Positions 33,500-46,359 of a DNA stretch of 64,000 nt are shown piece by piece. The notes below the pieces were generated by a model. It had not been told where the DNA came from. It made no database searches and saw only the letters and a program-made list of their open reading frames with translations. Origin of the DNA: Macrostomum lignano (taxonomy: Eukaryota); the NCBI GenBank assembly GCA_002269645.1, contig NIVC01000491.1, forward strand, positions 310,001-374,000. The letters are read 5' to 3'. The position numbers and the translations under genes are program-made. Each line of letters begins with the position of its first letter. The first letter of the stretch is position 1.

Positions 33500-34500
33500 T
33501 TACCACTAGACTAACTAATGCCAGGGGCGTGGGGGGCGGCTAGCCCCCCACTATACCACTATACCACTAGACTAACTAATGCCAGGGGCGTGGGGGGCGG
33601 CCAGCCCCCCACTATACCACTAGACTAACTAATGCCAAGGGCGTGGGGGCGGCTAGCCCCCACTATACCACTATACCACTAGACTAACTAATGCCAGGGG
33701 CGTGGGGGGCGGCCAGCCCCCCACTATACCACTAGACTAACTAATGCCAGGGGCGTGGGGGCGGCCAGCCCCCCACTATACCACTAGACTAACTAATGCC
33801 AGGGGCGTGGGGGCGGCCAGCCCCCCACTATACCACTAGACTAACTAATGCCAGGGGCGTGGGGGCGGCCAGCCCCCCACTATACCACTAGACTAACTAA
33901 TGCCAGGGGCGTGGGGGGCGGCGAGCCCCCCACTATACCACTAGACTAATAAATGCCAGGGGCGTGGGGGCGGCCAGCCCCCCACTATACCACTAGACTA
34001 ACTAATGCCAGGGGCGTGGGGGCGGCGAGCCCCCCACTATACCACTAGACTAATAAATGCCAGGGGCGTGGGGGCGGCCAGCCCCCACTATACCACTAGA
34101 CTAACTAATGCCAGGGGCGTGGGGGGCGGCCAGCCCCCACTATACCACTAGACTAACAAATGCCAGGGGCGTGGGGGCGGCCAGCTCCCCACTATACCAC
34201 TAGACTAATAAATGCCAGGGGCGTGGGGGCGGCCAGCCCCCCACTATACCACTAGACTAATAAATGCCAGGGGCGTGGGGGCGGCCAGCCCCCCACTATA
34301 CCACTAGACTAACTAATGCCAGGGGTGTGGGGGGCGGCTAGCCCCCCACTATACCACTATACCACTAGACTAACTAATGCCAGGGGCGTGGGGGCGGCCA
34401 GCCCCCACTATACCACTAGACTAACTAATGCCAGGGGCGTGGGGGGCGGCCAGCCCCCCACTATACCTATAGACTAACTAATGCCAAGGGTGTGGGGGGG
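33500..34500. repeat. About 52-bp minisatellite in unit C (same monomer as unit B)
   Basis: About 19 units. Confidence 0.95.
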
Positions 34501-34610
34501 CTTTTTAGCCCTTACTTTGGGTGAAACACAATTTAATTTAAGCCATAAAAGATAATAAGCCAATATATACCCATCGTCCCACCTTTGAAGACGACAGCGT
34601 CTTCATTCAC

Positions 34611-34692
34611 TAGTAGTAGTACTAGTCCACTAGTCTACTAGTAGTAGTACTAGTCCACTAGTCTACTAGTAGTAGTACTAGTCCACTAGTCT
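34611..34692. repeat. 28-bp CTAG-rich repeat (TAGTAGTAGTACTAGTCCACTAGTCTAC) x3
   Basis: Directly abuts the 3' CTAG of unit C. The left flank of unit A (TAGTAGTCTACTCTAG) is similar. Confidence 0.85.
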
Positions 34693-36757
34693 AACTCTTC
34701 AGGTCAAATTCAAGTGAAATTGCAAGAATTACAGTTTGACGAGTAAATCAGTTTAAATTAAACCTAATTTTTATATAACTAATCTAGCTAATTCTAATTA
34801 CTAATACTACAATAACTAATGTTACATTTATGCAATTTGAGAACTTTATTGTAAGTCAGTGCATTTGCATTTAAAAAAACCAACTAATGATTACACTTAA
34901 GCAATGATTGCCAAAAATGTTTCCGTGACTTTAGGTTCAATGGCTCAAGGGTTTCAAAGTTAAGTAGCTTAATACTTTATGTAACTTTTCTTTTAAATGT
35001 TACTGCAAAAATGAACAATATGGTGTAAATGTTGCATCTTTTCTTTTATTTATTTTTTTTTAATTTTAAAGTTTTTTGTTTCTTTTATGTTTGATTTTAG
35101 TTAGGTTTCTTGATTTTTTTATATTTGGAGACATTCAGAAACATTTGAAAAAAAAATTTCCAAATCTAAAACATTTTTATTTTGAAAAAAAACAGAGAAA
35201 TTATTTTGGATTAGGATTCTGAATCTGAATATTTAGATCCATCACTAGTAAAAAGCTTTTCCCATTTATATATTTCTGTAGAAGAGAGAAACTAAGGCTG
35301 CAGATTTATTTCTGGGTGAAGGCATATCCAAAGCTTTAGCTCTTTGCCATAGACTCAAAATAAATGGGGAATAATATGTTTACTTGGCTATTAATGCCAT
35401 CTATGATTAAAAAACACTAAAGAACATTATATATTAGTAGTGAAGCAGAGAGCTACTCAGTCATATTTCTATTTGATTATATCTATTCATTAGCCATAAA
35501 CAACATCAAAAATTGGTTTGATCTTGATACAAATTTTGTCCCACTAGATACTATAGAGCTTGAGAAGGCTTTGGGTTTAGCCAATGAAACTTGTTCTACT
35601 AAAATAAATGTGCTGTAGTAAAGTTAATTATAAACTTATGAGAATAAATTATTTTTTAATAGTATACTTAAAAGTTTCTAGTTACTAATAAAAATATACC
35701 TAAAACAAAAATATTCATAACTTAATAGTAAATTTAGTAATTAGTAATTAGAGTTTTAGACTTAGTTATTATTTTTAATCAATTGTTTCAATTTTGAATA
35801 ATATAGGTTTCATTTTTGTAGCAATTTAGTGATAGATCAAAATTATTTTTTTTGCATCAAAATTAAAATCAAAATTTTAGGTTCTTAAGAATTGAAATTG
35901 AAATCAAAGTTTTTGAGCTTAACAAATTTCTACATTTTTGATAATCATGCAAATAAGTTTAACACTATGCATCTTCATGTGTGAGCTTATATGTTTTTTT
36001 ATAAAATATCTTTGCTACTTGAGCCAGATTTAGAATATTTTAAATTATCAACTTAAAATTATGAAATAAAAAATGCTGGTGTATTATATATTATATGCTC
36101 ATACTTACAATGTGTGTGCCCCACACAATCTTTCCTTGTAAAAAGGTGATTCTTGCCTCCCTTGCTGAATCTTTGAACTGCACTTCCTATATATTTTCCT
36201 ACTTGTATAGCATGATCATGAATGTCTAATTGTTAAAATATAACCAAAATTTTGAAATTATTTTGGATAAATAGTATCAAAATTCAAAATTGAAATTGAA
36301 ATTATTGGGTTATTGATGCAAAATTGGGTTTGAAATTTAGAATATTGATGAAATCAAAATTGAATTTTGATCTTTCAGTATAGCAATTATTTGCTGTGTG
36401 CCTACTGCTTATTGCATTGGTTGTGCGCATTTTAATTATGCAATTTTAGTGGCACACAATTTACTAGAATATTTGATTGGTATAATTTACTGGCATACAC
36501 TTTACTCGATAGCAGTGTTGCCACTACAACAACCAAAGAAATTATCGCAGGATAAGAAAAAAATAGCAAGAACAAATTTCTTTTTGTCATAGAGAAAACA
36601 ACTTTATTTTTTAGCTTTCCATTTCTAATTCTATCTTCTATTTGACCAAAAAGAACTACTACAATTTGCAATAACTGCATGCAACTCTCATTTACACTGA
36701 ATCAGTGAAGTAGTCATACAACACAAGCATTTTCTCAAGGGAAGACAGGCATATATA

Positions 36758-37366
36758 CACTCAGCAACAGTCAAAACTGCCACCCTACCAAGAGATGCGA
36801 CTTCTCTCTCACCTCAACTGCAAGTGATGTAACTTGTGCCATGGTGTGGCTAAAGCTAGGTAAGAGTGAATTCCAGGGTGAGAGTACAAAATGGACTAGG
36901 GTTGAGGTTGGGGGTGCAACAGTACATGTGACAATGGTCAGGCATATGACAGACGCTGAACGATGGCACACTATAGGCATGCTAGAAGCTGGTGCATCCA
37001 TCAGCGCAGTTGCTTGCCAATTTGGCTGATCATGTTCAACAATTCGAGTCCAAAGTCCCAAGATACTGGTAGTGTTCAGCATGCAGCCATAGGCAGCCAG
37101 CGCCATGATCTCTGCGGTTCAATAGCCAGGGCAAATTGACGTCTGCTGTGGATTTTCAAGCAAACTCCAACTGTATCAGCCACCTTGCATCTAATGTGGG
37201 GTGAAAGAAGCAGATGGGGCATCCCCTGCATCCTCTGATTGCCCTCTCCTGCATTCACCCTCACCCAGCTTTAGCCACGCCGTGGTGCAAGTTACGTCAC
37301 TTGCAGTTGAGGTGAGAGAGAAGTTGTCTCTCTCAGTAGGGTGGCAGTTTTGACTGTTGCTGAGTG
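36758..37366 (+). mobile_element. Tc1-like internally deleted element (older, degenerate)
   Basis: TA|CACTCAGCAACAGTCAAAACTGCCACCCTAC ... GTAGGGTGGCAGTTTTGACTGTTGCTGAGTG|TA with imperfect TIRs of more than 100 bp. HTH remnant MTDAERWHTIGMLEAGASISAVACQFG*, with an in-frame stop. Confidence 0.8.
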
Positions 37367-37854
37367 TATAATATAGATTACTAATGTTCATTATGGAACC
37401 AACCTGAGCAACCAACTAAAACACAAGACACTATAACCACTGATGAGTAATAACAATTTTACAACTAAATTTTGTGCTATATTCCAGTTGTCTGAATCTT
37501 CTCAATTCTATATGTAGCTGAAATGAATTCTTTTAATATTTTAATTGTTGATCAATGTTGGTAACTGTAGGGGAAGAAATACTTTTATGTGAATCTTTGT
37601 TTGGTTAGTCAAACGTTAGTCAGGCAAAACTGCAGGCTTTTCTGTGGATGTTCATTTTTTCTTTGGAACCTTTGGCAGGACAGATCGAATGCCAAACTCT
37701 GCCTGTCTCTTTCAGCAGCTTTCTTCAGTGCTCACTCAACTGCAGCATGCTCAATCTCCTTTTGCCAAGCTTCATAACTGGAGGCTTGCATAGCCTCACA
37801 CTATATTCATACATGCGCAACAGTCGGCCGAGTCGGCCGATCCGGCCGACCGAT

Positions 37855-38100
37855 TTGGCGGCCAACCAAGGTAAGTCGCAAAAATGCCCACCCGAAAGAA
37901 TCATACGTAGTACTAATTAGATGACGAGGCATTTAGCCCTTATAAGACAGTCATAGTTACTCCTGCCGTTTACCCAAAATTGCGTTAATTTTGCTTAAGG
38001 GTTTCTTTTACAGGTAAGTCGCATTTTTGGCCAAAAACTACGTCGCATTTTTTGTTAAAACTAAGTCGCACGGCCGACCGAATTTTGGAGGTTGCGCATG
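37855..38100 (+). repeat. Dispersed repeat family (also at about 40280-40520 on + and about 21825-21890 on -)
   Basis: Shared TTGGCCAACCAAGGTAAGTCGCAAA and TAATTAGATGACGAGGCATTT..ATAGTTACTCCTGCCGTTTACC. Class not determined. Confidence 0.65.
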
Positions 38101-39169
38101 TATGACTATATTGATGACATTCATGACACTTAAATTGAGCACAAAATGAAACACAGTACTTGATAAAAAGTTGAAAGGACTGGTGTCCACAAAAAATCGC
38201 AGGAAACGAGCAAAATGGACAAAATTATCACTGAGCAATAAAAAATTGCTAAGCAATAAAAAATTGCAGTGGTGGCAACACTGCTAGATAGCCAAATACC
38301 TTCTAGCATATGTGTAACACAATCTGCAATATGGAATATGGCATCTATAAATGACTATGACATCTTTGTGATGCAATTGATGCGGTGACTCCAATAACAA
38401 CAAACAAGAAATGCAAAAATCACTATTTTTATACCAAACAATTCTGCAAGATAGCCTAGTTGGGTTTAAACTATATAAAACTATGCTTGAATTTAAATCA
38501 GCACTATCAAAAACTATAATAAATAGACAAAATTGCAATCTTATCTATGTCAAAATGAAAATCTTCCTTGCTTGCAATTGATTTTCTCCCAAAAAGCTTA
38601 ACCAATTTTTATGAGACTTGCACTGTTTGATCAGAAATTTTTCTGTGACAATATATGTATCTTGGCTAAGAAATTGCTTAATGCTTAAGAGATTAAATAT
38701 TCAAAAAACATGCTTTTTTGCAAAGGTCATGTAGCTCTTTCAACTTGAAATGCATTGTAAGAATGCTAGAGAAAAAACTGACTGGTTGAATTCTGATTTT
38801 GAAATAGATTGTATCACAATCGGCTTTTTTATTTATCATCTGTGTACTGGCTGAATTTTGACACTGAATTGAATTGCGTCATAGTGTTGAATGTTGAAGC
38901 ATAGCACAGTTACTTGATTTTTATAGTGTGACCATATTGTTAACTTTTATAGACTGGTACTGACTTGCCTAAGAAATTGATTATGTAATAATTGCTTCGT
39001 GTGACTTTTACTCAACTTGACTTGGTGTGAGTGTTGAATTATGAGTGCTAAAAATTCATTTATAAATTTGATAAGAGCTGGTGAACAGATTGGACTGCTA
39101 ATGCAGCAACCTAGGTTTGAATCTTAGTAGTTTTTTTAATGGAAAGCTTTTATTAAAGAACTAATTAAA

Positions 39170-39790
39170 AAGATCTGGATTACTAGGCTTGATAAACTTA
39201 GGACTATTGCACTTGATGTACCTAAGATTACTGCAATTGATAAGCCAAGGATTACTGCACTTGATAAGCCAAGAATTACTGCACTTGATAAACTAAATAT
39301 TATTTCACTTGATAGGCTAAGGATTACTATACTTGACTGACCTAGGATCACTGCACTTGATAAACCAAGATTACTGCACTTGATAAACCAAGGATTACTG
39401 CACTTGATTGACCAAGGATTATTACACTTGATAAACTAAGGATTACTGCACTTGATAAGCCAAGGTTTATTGCACTTGATAAACCAAGGATTACAGCACA
39501 TGATAAACCAAGGGTTATTGCACTTGATAAGCCAAGGATTATTGCACTTGATAAACAAAGGATTACTGCACTTGATAAACCAAGCATTACTGTACTTGAT
39601 AAGCCAAGGATTATTGCACTTGATAAACCAAGGATTACAGCACATGATAAACCAAGGATTATTGCACTTGATAAGCCAAGGATTATTGCACTTGATAAAC
39701 AAAGGATTACTGCACTTGATAAACCAAGCATTACTGCACTTGATAAGCCAAGGATTATTGCACTAGATAATAAAATGATTATTGCACTAG
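39170..39790. repeat. 24-bp minisatellite (GGATTACTGCACTTGATAAGCCAA)
   Basis: About 25 tandem units immediately after the tRNA-like module. Confidence 0.9.
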
Positions 39791-40539
39791 CTGAGACATG
39801 GATTATTGCACAACCTGAAAAAGTGATTGTTGCATTAGTGGAGGAAATATTTGCACTAGCTACTTGCTATCTAGTCGATGCTTGCTACCTAGGGGATGCT
39901 TTGCTATTGTATCTGGAGAGGGGAGAGTGCTTACTATTTGCCCTATTGGAATAAATGTTTGAAACCCGCGGACGTGCACTTTAGAAAAGAGTCAAACTAT
40001 TTTACTGCACTTTAGGATTATTAGAGATGTTCCATTTCGTTGAAATCAAAATTCGCTAACTTTCCAAAATTGAAATTGAAATTTTCCGAAATCAAAATTT
40101 TGAAAAACAAAGTTTACTGCTTATGCAAAATGAAATACATGCATATATAGCAGAAATTAGTTTATTTTTAGTGACTTTTTTAGACACTTCTAAAATTTTG
40201 ACTTCTAAATTTTTTTCAAAATTGAAATTTCCTCTTTAAAAATTCAAATTTTGGAAAATGAAATCAAAATCCAGCTGACCAATTTGTTGGCCAACCAAGG
40301 TAAGTCGCAAATTGCCTACCCAAATAAATATCCAAGTAGTACTAAGTAGATAATGAGGCATTTTACCTAAATAAAATAGTGATAGTTACTCTTGCTGTTT
40401 ACCCAAAGTTGCATGAATTTTGCTTTAGGGTTTCTTTTATATATGTAAGTTGCATTTTTGGCCAAAAACTATGTTGCATTTTTTGAAACAAAGTCATAGC
40501 CAACCAAATTTCAGTTGTGCATGAATGTTGCAATCTAGG

Positions 40540-40835
40540 GAAATGCTTGCTATCTGGGGGATGATTGCTATCTAAGGGATGCTTGCTATCTAAGGGATGC
40601 TTGCAATCTAGGGGGATGCTTGCTATCTGGGGGATGCTTGCTATCTGGGGGATACTTGCTATCTAGGGGATACTTGCTATCTGGGAGATGCTTACTATCT
40701 AAGATGTTTGCTATCTAGGGGATGCTTGCTATCTAGGAGGATGCTTGCTATCTGGGGGATGCTTCTGGGAGGATGCTTGCTATCTAAGAGGATGCTTGCT
40801 ATCTAGGAGGATGCTTGCTATCTGGGTGGATGCTT
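40540..40835. repeat. 17-18-bp minisatellite (GGGGATGCTTGCTATCT)
   Basis: Same monomer as 47690-48050 and 50630-51030. Confidence 0.9.
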
Positions 40836-41019
40836 GTTGTCTTGGGGATGTTTTGTATTTAGAGGGAATGTCTGTTAACTTTGTGAAAACTTTGTGTTGA
40901 TTGTCTTTCTATTAACTTTTGAAAAATAAGAAAGAGCTTCATGGCAACCATTTTTGTCCATGAGAATTATACTCAAATAGGCCTAAGGTGATTTATAAAA
41001 CTGAAGAATGAATTGGACT

Positions 41020-41680
41020 TTTTGAACTTTAGGTAGATAAAATAGTTGCAATTTCAATAAGATCATAATATTGTCTCTATAGAGGTTTTTGACGGTGCTG
41101 ATTTCAAATTTGAGCTTCATTTTTTTGTAGCTTAAAGCCAACCACTGGGATATGGGGAATGAGGGGTATTAGGATAGGGAGAATCTTCATGGGGATTGAT
41201 TTTATGTACCTAAACTTCAATAGAGGTATAGGGGTCTATTGAAGAATAGGTAGATAAATTCAGAGACTGAGGAGGGTGGGGGGGCATCTTGGGAGCGAGG
41301 ACAATTCTCAAGGGGGGGTGGCAAGTCTCAAAGGGAAGGCTAACAACTAAACAACTACCAACAACTAAGGCATGGGGAATGGGGGATGTTAGGGTGGGGA
41401 GAATCTTCATAGGGATTTATTTTACATACCTAAACTTCAATAAAGGCATGGAGGTCTATTGAAGATTAGATAGATAAATTTGGAGACTGAGGGGGTCTTG
41501 GGAGGGGGGGAGGCTAACAACTGTCAACAACTGCGGAATGGGGAATGTATGATTTTAGGGCAGGGAAAATTTTCATGGGGATTGATTTTACATACTTAAA
41601 CTTCAATAGAGGCATGGAGGTCTATTGAACTTTAGGTAGATAAATTCGGAGACTAAGGGGAGGGGTTCTTAGGGGGAAAA
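41020..41680. repeat. About 190-220-bp degenerate tandem repeat
   Basis: TAAACTTCAATARAGG..GGTCTATTGAA..TAGATAAATT..GAGACT recurs near 41210, 41430 and 41598. Confidence 0.7.
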
Positions 41681-42701
41681 TTGAAATAAAACTTAAATTA
41701 AAAATTCAACAAGTTATCAAAACACAACCATGGAGAAGAAATTATAATCCTATCAAAACTAATTGATATTAGCAGCTGCAGTTACCTTCAGAATGGAGAC
41801 AATGCAAATTAGTAGAAATTAGTACAGGTAAACAAGTAAATAATGTATGGCTAGTAGTAAACAACAATGAGAGAACAACAGCGAATAAAAAAGTGGGTGG
41901 TGAGGGGCGGGTGGCAAACTGTGAGTCAGCATTTTTTAAAAACAGTAAACAGATGCAGTACTCTCGCTACATTATAAAAATTTGAGTGAAGCAAAATTAG
42001 AATAGACACTATTTTTTCAGAGATAAAACTCAAATGTTCTAAATGTTTTTTTAGAATGAATTCATCAAATTTTGGAAAATATTTACATTAGAAAGCTATG
42101 ATTCTAAAAAAAGTTCAACTTTTAAACACACAATTCTCCAAAACTGCTTGGATCAAATTAACATTAGTTACATAGGAGATTAACAAATTGACCTACTCTT
42201 ACCTCTGAGGGTAATTTTTTTGCAGTTTTTTTGCTTTATTATCATTTTGGACAGCGTCTATGACTCTGGCGAAAGTTTCAGAAAAATCGGAAAATTGGAA
42301 GTATTTTATGTTTCTAAAGTTCAAGAAGGCCGGAATAAGTTCTTAAGTTAAGAAAATGTGCTTTTTAATTGTTTTTCATGAATAATTTTTGCTCTTTGCT
42401 TATTGCGCACCCCGAAGGAGGGCACTAGATTGCTAGACCTATCTTTATCAAATTTCGAAACTGCAACTATTTATCAACATGGCATAAACTTGAACTTGAT
42501 TGAAGTCCAAAAATAACTAAAAGTAAAACCATTCATTATTACTAAAAGATACTTACTCTTGTGTTGCTTGATTTGATGCCATAGTTGCTGGTAGAATGTT
42601 GAAAAAAACAATTTAAATTTTGACGACACTAATTTACAACCAAAGATACAAATTTTCAAGAAACAAATGGAAAACGAGGTACTGCAAATTAGCGTGTGGG
42701 C

Positions 42702-43516
42702 ACGTATTCATTTCCCGATTGACATTCAGATTCACATTCAAATTTTAACAAAGCCGCTGTAACTTTTCTTTACTTGAACGAAACGCTTTAAAATTTTACA
42801 AAAACTTTGACGCAATCAAGAAAAAAAACTACGTAAAATATCTCGGCATTTAAAAATAGACTGTAAAAATTATTCACATATAAAGTTTGTTCCTATCTCC
42901 TTAGTGTATTATTATGCAACTCAACAAAACGGCTTAAAATACACGCAGAGCTACGAAACTTTATTTTTCTCTTGACGCATGCGAGATGCGTTGGCAAGTC
43001 AAAAATCAGCACCCTAGCTTAAAGCCTGTACGAGTTATTCACCTGCAAACTGTGTTCCTATCTCCGTAGTGTATTTTGGGGGTCCAGCTTGACATTCGCT
43101 GACAGACACTTCTACTCAACGCAGAGCTACGAAACTTTATTTTTCTCTTGACGCACGCGAGATGCGTTGGCAAGTCAAAAATCAGCACCCTAGCTTAAAG
43201 CCTGTACGAGTTATTCACCTGCAAACTGTGTTCCTATCTCCGTAGTGTATTTTGGGGGTCCAGCTTGACATTCGCTGACAGACACTTCTACTCAACGCAG
43301 AGCTACGAAACTTTATTTTTCTCTTGACGCATGCGAGATGCGTTGGCAAGTCAAAAATCAGCACCCTAGCTTAAAGCCTGTACGAGTTATTCACCTGCAA
43401 ACTGTGTTCCTATCTCCGTAGTGTATTTTGGGGGTCCAGCTTGACATTCGCTGACAGACACTTCTACTCAACGCAGAGCTACGAAACTTTATATTTCTCT
43501 TGACGCATGCGAAATG
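42702..43516 (+). repeat. Left TIR: about 240-bp unique outer domain plus about 3.25 copies of a 176-bp unit
   Basis: CGCAGAGCTACGAAAC at 42944, 43120, 43296 and 43472. Confidence 0.95.
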
Positions 43517-46234
43517 CGCCGTCAGGTCTCAGTCGGAAGGCTTTAGAAAATACTAGTGCCCACGTCTATTTGAATTGTAAATTTCACAGCTTCTTCGTAC
43601 GTACGTGAATTTAAGCCATGGAAACGACGAAATTAATTCGGTCTGGATTTTAATTACAGGTTTTTATGACTGTTTTCTCTGAGAATAGTTTTTTTCTCTT
43701 TTTGAGATCGATAGTCCTTCAAATTTGACATTTGATCATTTTTATTGGATTGTTGGGCCAGTTTGACTCAGTATTGCATTTTATAATTTGTTAAAAACGA
43801 CACGGAAAGTCTTTTAGTATCGAATCGAATTTTACTCGCGTGGCTGTCGTGAAATTCAACAGGTGGGACACTATCTGTGAATTTAGTGTCTTTTATCACT
43901 GTTTTATATTTTTAACGTTTGTATTTATGTCTATATCGATTTTATTTTTGCTACTGCCACAGATTCATTCGTATTCGTTTGTAATGGATTTAATTACTGT
44001 TGTAGTAATCGTTTCTCTGTTCTTTTCGGGTGTCCTGGTTAACTAGCATATTAATTTGTGTAAATAGAACTGTATCCCAATAAAAGTACAGATAGTTTTT
44101 TTGTTTATTTGCTTTACTTGTTCAATTAATGTGTATAAATTAGTATAGCCTGCAAGCATTATAAGATGTAATCTTTTTAAACTTTATATATTTTACAGCT
44201 TTATCGAAATGAATGGATCTGAAAAATTTTCATAATGATTTGCAGATGCACTCTGGATAATATACGGGTATTTCACTGTTCTTTAAATTGAGAATTATTA
44301 CATATGATAGGTGAACATTTGAATGATTTAAATAGCTGAGTAAAGTGAACAAGTGAACAATATAATTAGAATTTTAAAGCAATATTTTAATCTTAATTAT
44401 TTTTAACTTAATTTCATGTCTATACGTATTAAAATTTAAGTAAATAAAAATGATTTCGGTTGTTACTCACAAGTATTGCTTTATTAAGACACACTTAACA
44501 AAGTTTAGATTCCTAATATATGTATATAAGAAATAAATCTGCATCTAGACACCAAAAATATTTTTATAACAATTTTTTTGGGGCAGGACTCCCACACTGA
44601 CTGTAATAGCGTAGTGTCGATTTGGCACAGAAGGGTTTAGCGCCCATTCGGCACCAAAAAGTTTTTGTTCAAGAATCTCTTGACCTCCCCTGGATGGTTC
44701 GATCTCCATATGTTTTTTTATTCACCAATGGTTTCAAATTTGAATTGAAATTTGAATTGCAGCAGAACAGTTAGCCTTTGCCTCTTGTTATAATTAAACA
44801 GATGGCGCTCGGATTCCAATGTCGCCTTCTACTGTACATTGTGGTGTTATTGATTGCCGCTAGTTCAGCAACCAAAACGAATGAGGTGAATTCTACTCTC
44901 AAGTTTGACGAATCGATAATTTTTTTGTTCTATCTTGATATTAAACGTTTAGAAAGTTGCATGTACGTGCACATACACAGAGTACAAAAAATGCACCGTT
45001 AATTTTTGTTCTACGCAAAGCTGCACTTATTTTTCCTAGACCTAAAGATTACCGCAGATCAGTTGCGTTCTTTTCCTACGTTACTAGGGAACTATCTATG
45101 CGCAACTCAATTCAAAATAGGAATATGCTTTGGAACCGACTGCGCCGAGCAGGAATTGAGTGGAATGAAGGGCGGTCCGGATCCCCCTCATTGATTGATT
45201 TTTCGTCTCCAAGACAAGATCAAGAGACAATAAACGGCAGTGAAATATCTGACACGGAATTACAAAACGAAATCGGTGCGACCGGCGGGGGCGCTGCTGG
45301 AAATGAAGATGAAGGCTCAACATCTGGAACCGAGGGTACAATTTGTTCGAGTAGCAGCCCAGTAGACAAGGATATATCTATTTCTGATGATGATAGCAAA
45401 GAGACAAGTTGTAGACTAGACCTGTTAAGATCAACTACCAATGAATGCGAAATTACTTTTGGCATCGAGGAAATACATAAAATCCAGTTTAGAGATGTCT
45501 CTCTGTGCGTTGGAAGCGATAGATCTGCTGTAAGAGTGGAATTTGACAAGAAGAAATTTAATGAATGTTTGGCATCAAAGTTTCGCTTATTGTCGACTTG
45601 CTGTCTAAGAATGACTGGATATAATAGAATCGGAGCTATTTGCAGTCGAAAAAGGGACTCGAAGTTTTGGACTGTGAAAGCAAGCTGCAAAATTGACGGG
45701 TGTCGTCGGCGCTATAGTTTCATAATGGATAGACCACCAATACTAAGCAATGGATTGCGATTTCGCATTGAGTTCAACGGAAATCCTATATACTAAAAAT
45801 GAGTTGTCTGTGGGTAGGTAGGTATGCGATAGATTTCAGAAAAAATGGCTCAACCGATTTTCTTCAAACTTGCACCATTTGATCAGAAATTTTCCTGGGA
45901 CGGTACATGCATCTTGGCTAAGAAATTTCTCAATTAAATATTCGAAAAACATGCTTTTTTGCAAAGGTCAAGCAGCTCTTTCGACCTGAAATGCATTGTA
46001 AAAATGCTAGAGAAAAAACTGACTGACTGAATTCCAATTGTGATAAAGATTACATCACAACCAGTTGAAAACAGTGCCGAACAAATGCACACAAAACTTG
46101 ATTTAAATTGCGTAACAATATTGCTAACTTAAATTGACACTGATACTGGCTGACTGAGAAATTGATTATGTCATAACTTTTTACTCTAACCGATTTGCTA
46201 TAAGAATTAAATTATAAGGGCCACAATTCAAGAC

Positions 46235-46318
46235 AAGAGATAGCATAGATGCGAACAGACTGGACTGCTAATGCTGCGACCTGGGTTCGAATCTTAGTAG
46301 TGCAAAAAGATTTTTTTA
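46235..46318 (+). promoter_or_regulatory. tRNA-Ser(GCT)-derived module in Helitron unit 1 (homologues at about 39075, 48660 and 51665)
   Basis: TAGCATAGATG (A-box-like), TGGACTGCTAAT (matches the tRNA-Ser GCT anticodon arm), T-arm CTGGG-TTCGAAT-CTTAG, then T7. The long variable arm is missing, so it is not a functional tRNA. Confidence 0.6.
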
Positions 46319-46359
46319 TTCAAAAACCTTAAAAACACAAAATGCTAAACACAAAAAAG

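Larger units (their letters stand above)
30474..34613 (+). mobile_element. Non-autonomous Helentron/Helitron2-like element, tandem unit C
   Basis: Same termini. The 3' hairpin plus CTAG ends at 34613. Confidence 0.75.
38539..40900 (+). mobile_element. Degenerate copy of the non-autonomous Helitron family seen at 45784-57401
   Basis: A|TCTTATCTATGTCAAAATG start. About 600 bp align to the 5' body of the Helitron units, including the tRNA-like module (39075-39137). A 24-bp array follows, then GGGGATGCTTGCTATCT repeats interrupted by other repeats. The 3' end is uncertain (possibly the GATTGCTAG at 42428-42436). Confidence 0.65.

Noticed and set aside
35260-35620. Possible LINE (CR1/L2-like) C-terminal remnant on the minus strand (QRAKALDMPSP...)
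   Set aside because: The resemblance is only a few residues, with stops around it. It cannot be supported without a search.
44802-44885. Signal-peptide-like exon MALGFQCRLLLYIVVLLIAASS with a GTGAAT donor upstream of the transposase
   Set aside because: Its phase 0 does not match the next acceptor (45040), which would give an immediate stop. A secreted leader on a transposase is also implausible.
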